A DNA stretch of 64,000 nt from Octopus vulgaris (lineage: Eukaryota), in the NCBI GenBank assembly GCA_951406725.2, contig OX597827.1, positions 1,550,001 through 1,614,000 on the forward strand. The letters run 5' to 3'. The notes beneath the pieces were generated by a model that saw nothing but the letters and a program-made list of their open reading frames with translations, was not told the DNA's origin and did not search any database. A program made the position numbers and the translations under genes. This document shows, piece by piece, positions 42,481 through 55,059 of this stretch. The first letter of the stretch is position 1, and each line of letters starts with the position of its first letter.

Positions 42481-42867
42481 TAAGCAACAGTTATGCTCCC
42501 CCACCACCACACACATACACACACATGTGTGTATATATACATATGTAATTGGTAAAACAATTGATAAATCCAGACAGTATCTTGTATGCACTTAGTGGTT
42601 AAGTGAACTTAGCAATATATCAAACAATCAGATACCAATATATATATATACATATATATATACATATTATATATATATATGTATATTCCTGTCCAACCCA
42701 TGCTAGCATGGAAAACGGACGTTAAATGACGATGATGATGATGATGATGATGATGATATACCAATATAGTCAAATTGAATAAATATCCACAGTAATTGCT
42801 CCAGTGTGATAAAGAATCCTTAGATCACTAAGAAAATCTCCATGCTGTTGTATGTGTGTGTGTGTGA

Positions 42868-42908
<41 letters not shown>

Positions 42909-43099
42909 TGTGTGTGTGTGTGTGTGCATACTCACACTCTGATATATATGTACACATGCATAGAGACATACTCAAGTTACTGCTTGAATATTGCACCTCA
43001 CGGTTCTATGCTATTTTGTCATCAAAATTTGATTACCGCTTATAGAAGTTCGATTTTTATGTTATAAGAGTACATCTATGTGTTTGCAGCAGAACCGAA

Positions 43100-43360
43100 A
43101 GTGGAAAGCAGAAAACGAAATTGAAGAGAAACTAGTAATGCATTTTCTGGACAGGTCAGCCATGTTTAGAAAATGGTCTGGAATCAATAACAGCAATGTT
43201 TTAAGGGGAAAGTGCAATAGGAATATGACAGTGGAATGGCAAGATTTCCTGTTGAACTAAAAAATAATATTGAAAAGTATTGTTTATGGTAACAAAATGG
43301 AATTGTTTTGGAAATGAATGCTTTGAAAAGTCTTGTCAAAGAAAAAATTGTGACCAAAAG
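43100..43360 (+). pseudogene. Pogo/Tigger-like transposase fossil
   Basis: FRKWSGINNSNVLRGK and GNKMELFWK*ML*K resemble the FKKR.GI....L.GE and N.DETGLFWK.MP.K motifs. Confidence 0.5.
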
Positions 43361-43631
43361 CTACAGCAATTATGACAGAAATTACTGAAATCAATATGGT
43401 AGACTTGAAAATGTCTAGGATAGACAATAATGATGATGATGATGATGATGATAGTAATAATAATAATGATAATAATAATTATAATAATGATAATAATAAT
43501 AATTATAATAATAATAATGATAATGATAATAATAATATTAAATAATGATAATAATTATAAATAATAATAATAATAAATAATAATAATAATTATAAATGAT
43601 AATAATGATAATAATAATAATAATAATAATG

Positions 43632-43689
<58 letters not shown>

Positions 43690-43691
<2 letters not shown>

Positions 43692-44155
43692 GCCCTGATG
43701 CAGTACCAGGCAGTGGCTCTCGTGGCTTCTGATCTTAACTGATTGGAAGTGTTATCATGTACATTGTTTTGTCTTGGTATAAAAGATGGGCTACAGCAAA
43801 TATTCTGCGCAGTACCACAGATTTGCTTGTCAGTTGTTTGACCTTAACCAGTTGAGCATGTCCCTTAGTGGCTGACGATATGTGCATCTCTGATCACGAG
43901 CAGAAGTAGTTGGGGAGCATCAAGGCCATGTGTTGAGAGGGATTCTGTGGGGTTTGAATAATTCACCTCTGGAAACATGGGTGTTTTGTTCATTATCCGT
44001 AAACAACCCTTATTCAGGGACCATGTCACGCACATATGGTTGTGAGGCATGTGCGTGGTGTACCCTTATCAGATGGGTAGTCATGACGGGTGTACTGGGC
44101 TTCGTATATTTGTATCCCAGTTTTAATTTGATGTCATGCACTGCTCTCTCATTCA
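43690..44155. mobile_element. About 465-bp element embedded in (AAT)n, possibly a Dong/R4-related non-autonomous retroelement
   Basis: Complex sequence bounded on both sides by (AAT)n. Family assignment is inferred only from the target preference. Confidence 0.4.
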
Positions 44156-44451
44156 ATAATAATAATAACAATAATTGTTTCAAATTTTGCCACAAGGCAG
44201 CCACTTTTTGGGGGAGGTGATGAGTCGATTACATCAATCCCACTGTTCAACTGTTACTTATTTTATTGACCCTGAGAGGCAACGTCAACCTCGGTGAAAT
44301 TTGAACTCAGTATGTAAAGAAGGGTGAAATACTGCTAAGCTTTTCATCCAGCATGCTGACAATTCTACTAGCTTGCTGCCTTAATAATAATAATAATGAT
44401 TATGATGATGATGAGGAGGAGGATAATGATGGTGGTTGTGGTGGTGGTTTC

Positions 44452-44617
44452 TTTACATTATTTACATTATTTACATTTGATGGATATTTGTCCTCATCTT
44501 GTTTGTTGTTGATAACACAACATTTTGGCTGATATGCTCTCCAGCCTTCATCAGGTGTCTTGGAGAAATTTCGAACCTGGGCTCTCATTCCTAAGGTATT
44601 TTTCGAAGTTGTTGTTG

Positions 44618-44674
<57 letters not shown>

Positions 44675-44820
44675 TCATGGCTTAGAATCAAACTCGGAAT
44701 CTTGGGGTTAGTAGCCCGCACTCTCAACCTACAGGCATATGGCAAAGTGGTTAAGAGTAGCGGTCAAATGTAAATAATGTAAATTAGCACATAATTCCTC
44801 ATCTCTTAAATGTAGAACTG
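44452..44820 (-). mobile_element. tRNA-headed, HHR-tailed element (minus) plus an internally deleted inverted copy (plus)
   Basis: Minus: tRNA-like head 44729-44671 with B-box-like GAGTTTGATTC, then (TAA)n, then HHR gacac-CTGATGA-a-GGCTG..CAGCC-AAAA-T-GTT-gtgtt (44559-44514), then tail. Plus: A box TGGCAAAGTGG at 44740-44750 joined directly to the same tail at 44764-44820. Confidence 0.65.
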
Positions 44821-44892
44821 AATGGTTTCTTTATTAACCACAAGGATTTACATTAAGAAAAACATTATGGACAGTCCAGGACAAAACAAAGA

Positions 44893-44950
<58 letters not shown>

Positions 44951-45382
44951 TGTTGAAAGAAATCAACAATGTGGAGTCCTTAGTAGGGAGGAGATGCTTG
45001 AGGGCTGCTCATAGTAAAACTCCATCAAAAAATACCATGGGTACCCTGACTTTTGGAGCAGGTGCTTTTTTGCCTTTGATTTCTTTCACTTGCTACCTGG
45101 GTGAAGGATGATGAGGACAATACAAAGACAGGCATAAAGTGGGGGAGTTTATATATGATGGAAAATGATAATAACAATAATAATAATGATCAGTAGTAGC
45201 ATGTAAATATTGAGTTAAAAACTCTTTTGAGCGAGAGAGAGTGAGAGGGAGGGGCGGCAGATGTAAATCAGAAGATATATTCAATCCTTCCTTACCATAT
45301 CTCTCTTGAGATATACCACATTTGTTTTAATTAATCTTGGAAAATAATGACAAATTTAGTAAAATAACTGATGTTGGGAACA

Positions 45383-45747
45383 TATGAAGCTCATTCCATA
45401 AGTTTTGAGACTTTGCTAGGAGTAGCAGTTATAAGTGTTTTAGATTGTTGTAATTTTAATATATTATTACTATACATTTAATAAGTTTACCTGCCAACTG
45501 CTGTAATTCCAGATTGAAGGAGACAGCTGTAACAGCACTTTGAACACAATTATTACACACTGCTTGTCATGGCTGACTGGTTTGTAGAATGCAGTCGGGA
45601 CACTTCACAAAGTAACTGGAGTGCTTACAAGAAATGCATTGAAGTGAGAGGATCCTACTTTGAAGGAGATCAGAGTTTTGTATTGCTCTGAACTTAAGAA
45701 ATGTCTCTCCTGACAAAAGTCTCAAAACTTCTGGAATGCACCTTGTG
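45383..45747. mobile_element. Mariner-like MITE nested in an older DNA element (about 45281-45843)
   Basis: About 30-bp TIRs tatgaagctcattccataagttttgagacttt and aaagtctcaaaacttctggaatgcaccttgtg. Confidence 0.65.
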
Positions 45748-45929
45748 ATTTAACGAGAAATTTTGATAGGTTTTAAATCTTGATCATTCAGTTTGTATCA
45801 TAGAATGAGGGATCACCTCAAGTGGGTTAGTATTGAAAGGGGTCGAAATGCATTTAGCTGCTTTAGGCCAATGCATGGCTGCAGCCTCAAAGGTGAAACA
45901 TATAGAAAAATAAAAGACTAAAAGAATAT

Positions 45930-46517
45930 ATATATATAATCATGTCAAAGGGAAATGGAATTTAATTAAAATTAAAACATTCAATCAAAATTTACATTTC
46001 CAGTGGCCTAACGTGCAAAAAAATTAGCCAAGAAGACTATATATTAGCCATACGATATAGTGTATATTTAAACACATAAGGAATCCACTTATAGGGAATC
46101 CAGCACGCTAGAAAGAACAGCTAGGTTCTGTAAACACAAAAATGATGGATAAAATTCGACAGGAATAAATTTGGAAATGTAAAACATTTACCATCTCGTC
46201 CCAGCGACTAGATGGTAAAAGTTAGTTTGTATAAACACGAGACAAGTAGCCTTGTTTGTCTCGTGTTGGATATCTTTAACCCTAGGTTGGACCTTGCTGA
46301 AGAAAATCAGACCTTGTGAGTTCTCCTTGACTCACTAAAAGATGATCGGAAACCAATTGGTCCAGGGACTAGATGGTAAATATTTTTCATTTCCAAATTT
46401 ATTCCTGTCAAATTTTATCCATTATTTTTGTGTTTACAGAACCTAGCTGTTCTTTCTAGCGTGCTGAATTCCCTATAAGTGGATTCCTTATGTGTTTAAA
46501 TATACACTATATCGTAT
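45930..46517. mobile_element. Fold-back PLE-type element: 153-bp arms 46050-46202 and 46365-46517, HHR in spacer, 120-nt left overhang
   Basis: Arms reverse-complementary with few mismatches; (TA)n on both sides. Confidence 0.85.
46292..46367 (+). ncRNA. Type I hammerhead ribozyme with intact core and GUC cleavage triplet
   Basis: ccttg-CTGAAGA-aa-ATCA..(gtgagt/actcac hairpin)..TGAT-cg-GAAA-CC-AATT-G-GTC-caggg. Stem III palindrome ACCAATTGGT; predicted cut after 46362; base of stem II is imperfect. Confidence 0.75.
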
Positions 46518-47819
46518 ATATATATATATATGTATATATATGTATATATATATAGACACATATACATGTGTGTGTGTGTGTGTGTATATAACCATGTTAA
46601 AAATAAATATGTGAATCACCATATCAGATCTCAATGTAAATAATGTAAATAATGATTTTTTTTATCAGTTGCGAGATATAAACACTGATCAGCAAACACT
46701 TTGTTTGCTGAAAATATAAACAAAACCAGTGGCTTTGTTTAGGCTTAGAGTTCCGGCTGCTGCTACTGGTTGATGAGATACAACATGTTGAAACATCAGT
46801 GTCCCAAGATGCTGTTCACCAATGAGCCGAGTGTATTGAACACACTTTTGTTGTAAAATGGAGAAGTTATTCTCCTGTGACTTACACTACAGCGACTAGC
46901 ATATTTTGTGTCTGAACCTGCCTAGACGTGTTGAGAATAGATATGCAAATATCCATTCCAGATTTCCTTGTGCACAGTGCAAATAATGATTTAATGTGTG
47001 TGTGTGTGTGTGTATGTGTGTGTGTATATATGTGTGTAGGTATGTATGTGTATACATATATATATATATATATTTACATATATATATGTTTATATATATG
47101 TATGTTTATATATATGTATATGTGTACGTGTAGAATACAATAATATTTAAAGGTCATTGCTTGTATATGTATACATGCAGTGTGTATGCACATACACACA
47201 CGTGCACACACACACGCACACGCACACACACAAGCACACACACACACACACACACACACAAACATACACACAGAAACAGGTAAAAAGTCATGGAGGAGAA
47301 GATTCTGTCATGGAATATGGTAGTGGAATATGATAGGTGGTGAGTTGACATCATCTGCTGTAGGCAGCCACTTGACATGGCACAAACCTTCTTCATTCAC
47401 AGAACACTTTTGGATCATTCAGCCATTAATAAATAGTCTGTCTGCCTGCCTGTCTGTCTGCCCGTCTGTCTGCGCGTGTGTCTGTCTGCCTGTCTGTCTG
47501 ACTGACTCTTGAACTGTTTTACAGAAATATCTGTTTCCATGAACTCAGTAAACTCTACACTGTTGTAACTTATATTTAATCAATACAGTGTTAATTCTCC
47601 TCCTCCTCCTCCCCCTCCTCCTTCCATTGCTCCTCTTGCATTAATACATGCAAAATATCTTATCTAATTGACAAATGTGGCTGTGTGGTTAAGAAGCTAA
47701 CTTTGCTAGCATGTGGCTTTGAGTTCAGTCCTACTATGCGACACTTGCCTTCTGCTATAACCCCAGACTTACCAAAGCCTCTTGAGGGAACTTGGGGGAT
47801 GGAAACTACATAGAAGTTT

Positions 47820-47981
47820 GCGCAGGAGTGGCTGTGTGGTAAGTAGCTAGCTTACAAACCACATAGTTCTGGGTTCAGTCCCACTGCATGGCACCTTGGG
47901 CAAGTGTCTTCAACTATAGCCTTGGGCCGACCAAAGCCTTGTGAGTGGATTTGGTTGACGGAAACTGAAAGAAGCCTGTCG

Positions 47982-48020
<39 letters not shown>

Positions 48021-48236
48021 ATATATCTTGTGTATCTGTGTTTGTCCCCCCAACATCACTTGATAACCGATGCTGGTATGTTTTTGTCCTTGTAACTTAG
48101 CGGTTTGGCAAAAGGGACCTATAGAATAAATACTAGGCTTACAAAGAATAAGTCCTGGGGTCGATTTGATTTGACTAAAGGCAATGCTCCAGCATGGCTG
48201 CAGTCAAATGACTGAAACAAGTAAAAGAGTAAAAGA

Positions 48237-48240
<4 letters not shown>
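47820..48240 (+). mobile_element. Family A SINE, full length, preceded by an older left half (47675-47818)
   Basis: Same head and tail as the other copies. Confidence 0.85.
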
Positions 48241-48295
<55 letters not shown>

Positions 48296-48335
48296 CACAC
48301 ACACACAAACACACACACACACACACACACATATT

Positions 48336-48434
48336 AGTGGAGGTGGGTGCTCTGAGAGCATAGCTGCTAGAATAAGAATAGCCTGGGCAAAGTTCAGAAA
48401 GCTTCTACCTCTTCTGGTAACAAAAGGCCTCTCA
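48336..48434 (+). mobile_element. RTE LINE reverse-transcriptase C-terminal fragment
   Basis: SGGGCSESIAARIRIAWAKFRKLLPLLVTKGLS. Another fragment at 49105-49200(-) reads WICNIRVNVWQGTNVLREGLGIRGIRC. Confidence 0.75.
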
Positions 48435-48439
48435 CACAT

Positions 48440-48646
48440 TGCTGGTCACAATGCGCCAATAGAAGAAAGAGTGAGAGAAAGTTGTGACGAAAGAGTACAG
48501 CAGGGATTGCCACCACCCCCTGCTAGAGCCACGTGGTGCTTTAGGTGTTTTTGTTCAATAAACACTCACAACACCCGGTCTGGGTATCGAAACCGCGATC
48601 CTACGACCGCGAGTCCGCTGCCCTAACCACTGGGCCATTGCGCCTC

Positions 48647-48648
<2 letters not shown>
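48440..48648 (-). mobile_element. Young tRNA-derived SINE (CpGs retained)
   Basis: A box TGGCCCAGTGG, B box GTTTCGATACC, followed by a non-tRNA body. Confidence 0.75.
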
Positions 48649-48685
<37 letters not shown>

Positions 48686-49209
48686 CAATATTTATTATTC
48701 AAAATTCAGCAAAGAAATATGAATAATAGAGGGGTTAAAAAGGGTAGAGTCAGTCATTGGGAGACATAGTTTATTAAAGTTTTCTACTCATTTACATCTT
48801 CAGCCGCTAGAAGCATTTCATTGAGCAACTTCCCACAGTCTGCACAAATCACTTCCCACCTTTAAGGGTGTGAAGCAACAGGCACTGTTTGATAGCATTC
48901 ATGGGGTGGATGTCGCAGTTGGGCACCAATCCATATCACCTGACTTTCATTTATCCTTGTGCTTATTTGCTTTCCGTCAGCCATTTGGTACAACGTCTCA
49001 TTGGAAACATGGTTGTTGTAGGATATCTGATAGATTTTCCTCCGAAAAAAAAATGTTCATCATAGCCCTTTGCCAATTTGTATTTATTACCCATGTCCTG
49101 CACACCTGATGCCTCTTATGCCCAATCCTTCTCTTAGCACATTTGTGCCTTGCCATACATTCACTCTGATATTGCATATCCATCAGAGCACACTAGTTTA
49201 ATTTTCCAT

Positions 49210-49254
<45 letters not shown>

Positions 49255-49257
49255 TGC

Positions 49258-49288
<31 letters not shown>

Positions 49289-49306
49289 ACCGAATGTATA
49301 TATGTC

Positions 49307-49351
<45 letters not shown>

Positions 49352-49878
49352 TTATAAGTATGTATATACATATATAACTGTATGTATTTAAGTGTGTATA
49401 TATATATATATATATATATATGCGTTTATGAATAAAGTGATACATTACTGAACATGTTTTTCTGAGGGTACGTGGTCATACATACTTCCATATACACAAT
49501 ACATTCTGTTATACATGCAGATATGTAAACTCTCTTGTATTAATACATTGGTGTATACATCTTTATACACATATGTACATTGACAACACTTGGTTATAAG
49601 TTGAGAGCTTATCATTACAGACATGTGCTTGTATTTGTGCATGGGCACATGTGAGTTCGTAAGATTATCAAAATCTTCAATCTCTTTTCCTCTGTAACGT
49701 TCTGTCTGTCTGTCTGTCTGTATGGTTCTCTCTTTCTCTCTCTTTCTCACTCTCTCACTCTCTTTCTTTCTCTCTTACAATTTGTCTCCCCTTTTATTTC
49801 TCCTACTCACTTCATACATATACACGTATCTCTGTATATATAATTATGCATGTGTGTATATATATGCATATGTGTATA

Positions 49879-49921
<43 letters not shown>

Positions 49922-49924
49922 CAT

Positions 49925-49955
<31 letters not shown>

Positions 49956-49993
49956 CATGTATATATATATATATATATAAATATATATGTATG

Positions 49994-50039
<46 letters not shown>

Positions 50040-50697
50040 TAAGCATACATACACACATATGGTTAATATATTCATATATATTCATATCATATACGTATGA
50101 TGTTGGCATGTATATGCATATATATTGTACAGAGAGAAAGCGAGAAAGCAAGATGAATAAAGACATCAATATATATTTACATTCACCAAGAAAGCAAGCA
50201 AGAAAAGAAAGAAAAGAAGAAAGACAGAGAGAAAGAGAGCAAACAAAAGAATGAAATCAAGGAAAGAAGAAAGAAAGGCAAAAGTGTGGTGGGAGGATAT
50301 TCGACAGCAATGAAAGACGTGTACGAAATGATTTTTTCGAAATTATACCATTTCCTCGATAACAGGCCCTAATTCATCAGAAGTCAAGGAGGTGGCAAGC
50401 ATCTTCCCCGGGAGAATTCTTGTCCTGATTATAGCTTTATAGCTGTTTCCTCTCATATGTTATGCCAGTCGCACCCTCACCGCACCTGCACGGTGGCGTG
50501 CAGTGAATGAATACATAAAAGATGAGATGTAAGATGCGAGATGAAAGTTGTCAATCATGTTTATTTCTGCTGTATGCACAACATATCTATGTATGCGTGT
50601 GTATAGATATGTGTATATATATATATATATATATATTACATGATATATATATATACACACACATATATATATTCATATATATATATATACACATACA

Positions 50698-50784
<87 letters not shown>

Positions 50785-51321
50785 TACATGATATATATAT
50801 ATATATACACATATATATGTATACATATATATATTCATATATATATATATACACATACATATATGTATATATACACATACATACACATATATGTACATGT
50901 ATATATGTGCATGCATATAATCTATATATATATATATATATATATATGGGTAAAATCGGGTGTGTGTGTGTAATTATGTAGCATGCCTAATCAGAATATA
51001 CTATGAATCTACATAGAAATATATAAACGTGTATGTATATATTTGTATGTATGCAGATACATAGATTTATATACACATATATATATGCATAAATGTATGA
51101 GAGTGCGTTTGGTTGTCTGTGTGTGTTTTCTAGCCATTGCAACATTCTTAGTTTTATAAAATGTATAATGTCCACTTTCATAAAATCAAGAACAAATGCT
51201 TCATTCCATCCCCCCCACACACATACATATTCACACACACATGCACTCATATTGAAAGACACATACTCATACAGACTTAATTTGAGCATACTGCTCACAC
51301 TGATGAATTATATAACATTAT

Positions 51322-51362
<41 letters not shown>

Positions 51363-51391
51363 ATATATATATATATATAAACATATATGTA

Positions 51392-51435
<44 letters not shown>

Positions 51436-51463
51436 TATATATACAAGTACATATACATGTGTG

Positions 51464-51499
<36 letters not shown>

Positions 51500-52080
51500 T
51501 ATATATATACACTATATATATATATATACATATATAGAAACACAGTCATATATATATATATATGTAGATGTATATATATGCATATATATACACACATATA
51601 TATGCACATGCACACATATATTCATGCATATATATTTACTTTTATACCTATGTATACATACATATATATACATACTCCCTTTAATTATCTCTCCCTATCC
51701 AATAACTTCTCTTGCTCTCTATCTCTCCTTTTCCTCTTTCTCTTCTCTCCCTCATCTGCCTCTCCCTTCCTCCACTGCCAGAAAATGAGCAGCACTGTCC
51801 TGTCACATCATCAAAGAGTGGATCTTTTGAAAATGCCCCTACCATATTCCAGTCAATATCATTTATGATTTCCTTCCTGTAAAGAACCAGGCACACTGAG
51901 ACATGTAGAATATATTGTATATTGTATTGCGAAAAATACATAATGAACCATCATCAGTAGAGTTTGATGTCTGTTTGAGGTTTGAGAAACTTAAATTAAA
52001 GAGATATGAGTTGGGGCTGTATTCACAAGTGATGGGAATCAGATGGTTGAATTAGATGCTAGAATTGCAGGTACTGGCAC

Positions 52081-52317
52081 CAGCATGGACTAACCATTAA
52101 GCAAAATAAGCAGTGCTTAGGGCATCAAGGAAAGGGGAGAACCACAGGAATTGTGAATGGTTTATGGCACAAAAGAAATCACTTTAAACTTGCTAAAATA
52201 ATTATTCGGGATGCCTTACTTCTACTAAGTATAGAAACAGATGTGTTATGTAAGATTAATTTCGAGGATCTGATCAAAGACTTTGAGATTAAGAAAAGTG
52301 GGAGAAAACATTTCTAA
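52081..52317 (+). mobile_element. Internally deleted hAT (Tip100-like) element, followed by a mariner-like end at 52318
   Basis: 52210-52317 translates DALLLLSIETDVLCKINFEDLIKDFEIKKSGRKHF*, like a hAT dimerisation-domain end. The next bases, TAcgaggggaagtcaaaaattatcc, resemble a mariner TIR. Confidence 0.6.
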
Positions 52318-52784
52318 TACGAGGGGAAGTCAAAAATTATCCACACTTTCGCTATAACATATCTTTATTATTGCCGCACTGCCATCTGTGCAAGTGTGCT
52401 TATAGTTGGTACTATTTTGATCATGTGATTGATGTTTGAGCCTGATCTCACCGCTTTTCTTTCTGGTTTTACAGTGTATATATATATGTATGTGTGTGTG
52501 TGTATAATTAATCAAAGGATACACTATGTATGTCTGTATGTTTACCTGCTGGAAATAACAGTAAATTCCAGCAGGTAGACATACTTAGTATGTCCTTTGT
52601 TTAATCTTAATCCTTCAGTTTTTTAATGCTTTTTTCAAAACCTGCAATCACCTATATTATTGATTCTGTTATTATCATTTTTAAATTGTTACACTAGATA
52701 ATAATAGAGTCAATGATATATTTGCAAATTATTTTACTTGTAAATTATTTGCTCCATATTGATATATATTATTATTATTATTAG

Positions 52785-53075
52785 ATAATAAATCCTATGG
52801 CATACACCTGGTAACTTACTGGTAAAGCACATTCATTTTCACAGTGTTCATAGAGTATTTGAATAATAGGAGAGCTGGAAGATGGGAAGATACGAGAATG
52901 TTTATTAATCACTACAGTTGTTTCGCCCCATCTAGAATCGATCCCTCAAGAGTGGGATACTTAACAACTGGTATAGGAGTATCCAACGCTGTGGATGTGT
53001 CTCTTTAGGTGATTACAAGATGTATCTCATTAAAATAACAACTGTCCCACATGATAACTTCTTGGTTTGTGTATC
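52785..53075 (-). mobile_element. PLE-derived fragment with large-stem-II HHR at 53015-52906
   Basis: taatcac-CTAAAGA-gacacatc...gatggggc-GAAAC-AACT-GTA-gtgatta. Perfect 7-bp stem I; G5 mutated. Confidence 0.65.
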
Positions 53076-53273
53076 GAAAAGCTGTTGGTGTGTTTACATC
53101 CCCATAACTTGACAGTTCAGGAGACCTGCAGAATAAGTACTAGGCTAATAAAATAATTAAGAATTGGGGTGGGTCGAATTGTTTGACTAAGCTCCATCAA
53201 GGCAGTGCCCCAGCATGGCCATGGTCAAATGACTGAAACAAATAAATATGTATATATATATATATACATATAA

Positions 53274-53650
53274 AAATTAAATATGGAGATATTCTATTGA
53301 CATTCAATAATTTATTTATATTACAATATTACATTAAATACAATGAATATAATATATAACATAATATTATATGAATAATTATAAAACCATAAAAGGCCAA
53401 CAAATTGTTTCGACTTATATATATATTTTTTTTCTGATATACATAATCACAGTTCCATTATATATAAATCACTTCAGGATCCATTGGTTCAGAGAGATGA
53501 AATTGAATGTCAATAGAATATCTCTATATTTAATTTATCTTTATTATTGAATTATACCAATATTTATATGGTATCCAACTGAAGTACCAGTGAATTGGAT
53601 GTTTAACACACCCCTTTGAAGGATTTCTTTTCGTCAATTTGTCACTAACA
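53274..53650. mobile_element. Fold-back PLE-type element: 35-bp arms 53274-53308 and 53502-53536, minus-strand HHR-like motif at 53482-53395, right overhang
   Basis: ggatc-CTGAAGT-GATTTATATATA...TATATATAAGTC-GAAAC-AATTT-GTT-ggcc. Confidence 0.65.
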
Positions 53651-53700
53651 TATATGTGTGTGTGTGTGTGTATATATATGTGTGTGTGTGTATGTATGTA

Positions 53701-53777
<77 letters not shown>

Positions 53778-53834
53778 GTATGTGTATATATGTATATTTG
53801 TATATATGTATATATATGCATGTATATATCTGTA

Positions 53835-54140
53835 TTTATGTACTCTTGATATATTCAACCGATGACGGTAAAGCTTATTTAAAGCAGAACCAGAAATCCT
53901 GGATCTTGAATTATTCAATAATTTTTGCTTGTATATTTTGTCTATCTGTCTTATCTCATGGTGCGACACGAACCCTTAACGTGGTTTTTATAGTCAGAGT
54001 TTCGACTGCTATTTCGGCATGTTGGTGTCTATTAGACACCCTCATTTTTGATTGTTAAAAATTATTACCTTTGTACGGTATTTTTCCCATGCTGGCCACT
54101 AGATAATATGGATACTTAAATATCGATATTATCCTCATAT
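53835..54140 (+). mobile_element. PLE-derived element in (TA)n with complete HHR (U4C variant) at 53853-53911
   Basis: attcaa-CCGATGA-c-GGT..ACC-a-GAAA-TCC-t-GG-ATC-ttgaat. Perfect 6-bp stem I; AUC triplet. The 3' tail matches the reverse complement of 15975-16125. Confidence 0.75.
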
Positions 54141-54327
54141 ATAAATATATATACATATATATATATGTATATACATATATGTATATATATATATACATAT
54201 ATATATATGTATGTGTATATATGTATATTTGTATATATGTATATATATATATACATATATATATATATGTGTATATGTATATATGTATATATGTATGTAT
54301 GTATATATATATATATATGTATATGTG

Positions 54328-54368
<41 letters not shown>

Positions 54369-54374
54369 GTATAA

Positions 54375-54720
54375 GTTCAGTAAAAATTTAGATTCAGTTG
54401 AATATGGTACTTAAGTTAAAGGCTTGGTATGGTATTATCCATATAAATCAAAATGGAGTGATTATAATCAAAATAAGCAACAAGGAGATCCAAAGATAAT
54501 GCAGTATGATCGTTTCATGCGACTTCAATTAATTAAACAATGCAAGTATTACACCAGTTTTAAAATGTAGAGCAATCTAACTAAAAAATTCCATATGCAG
54601 CTGAAGATTGCTCTACATTTTAAAACTGATGCAATACTTGCATTGTTTAATTAAATGGAGTTGCGTGAAACGATCGTACTGCACTGCCTTTGGATCTCCT
54701 TGTTGCTTATTTTGATTATA
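54375..54720. mobile_element. Fold-back PLE-type element: 116-bp arms 54463-54578 and 54605-54720, 26-nt loop, left overhang
   Basis: Arms reverse-complementary with scattered transitions. A partial homolog lies at 32608-32700. Confidence 0.85.
54596..54683 (+). ncRNA. Type I hammerhead ribozyme with intact core
   Basis: tgcag-CTGAAGA-t-[long imperfect stem II]-t-GAAAC-GATC-GTA-ctgca. Perfect 5-bp stem I; stem III palindrome ACGATCGT. Confidence 0.8.
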
Positions 54721-55059
54721 TATATATATATGCATGCACAATGGCTTTCTTTCAGTTTTCTTCAAGTAGATTTACTCACATTCAATTCAAATGTCCTTGC
54801 CATGCCCATGCTGTATCACACTGATTCTACCTGAAAATTGTGTTAAGGATAAATGTGTCTGTAGCACCAAATCATCAGCATAATCTGCTTCTTTCCTTCA
54901 TGGAATCCATTGTCTTTAATGTTATCGGCAGAAGTTCTGAGAATGTAATCCAAGCAAATGATGAATATATATAGAGTGAAAGTGTCTCCGTGCTAACTCA
55001 GACAAAACAATAAATCAGCTTAAATCAATATAGAACAATCAAAACAGTTATCTGGCATA

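Noticed and set aside
46765-46800. HHR-like TTGATGA...GAAAC-ATC
   Set aside because: Stem I does not pair in register and stem II is mostly wobble pairs; not counted.
48565-48648. Possible tRNA gene
   Set aside because: A and B boxes are present, but there is no proper acceptor stem and it continues into a SINE body.
53761-54250. About 55-bp direct repeat around the 53835 element as a target-site duplication
   Set aside because: It is low complexity and not flush with the element ends; similar local duplications occur without inserts (37915-38040, 50625-50865).
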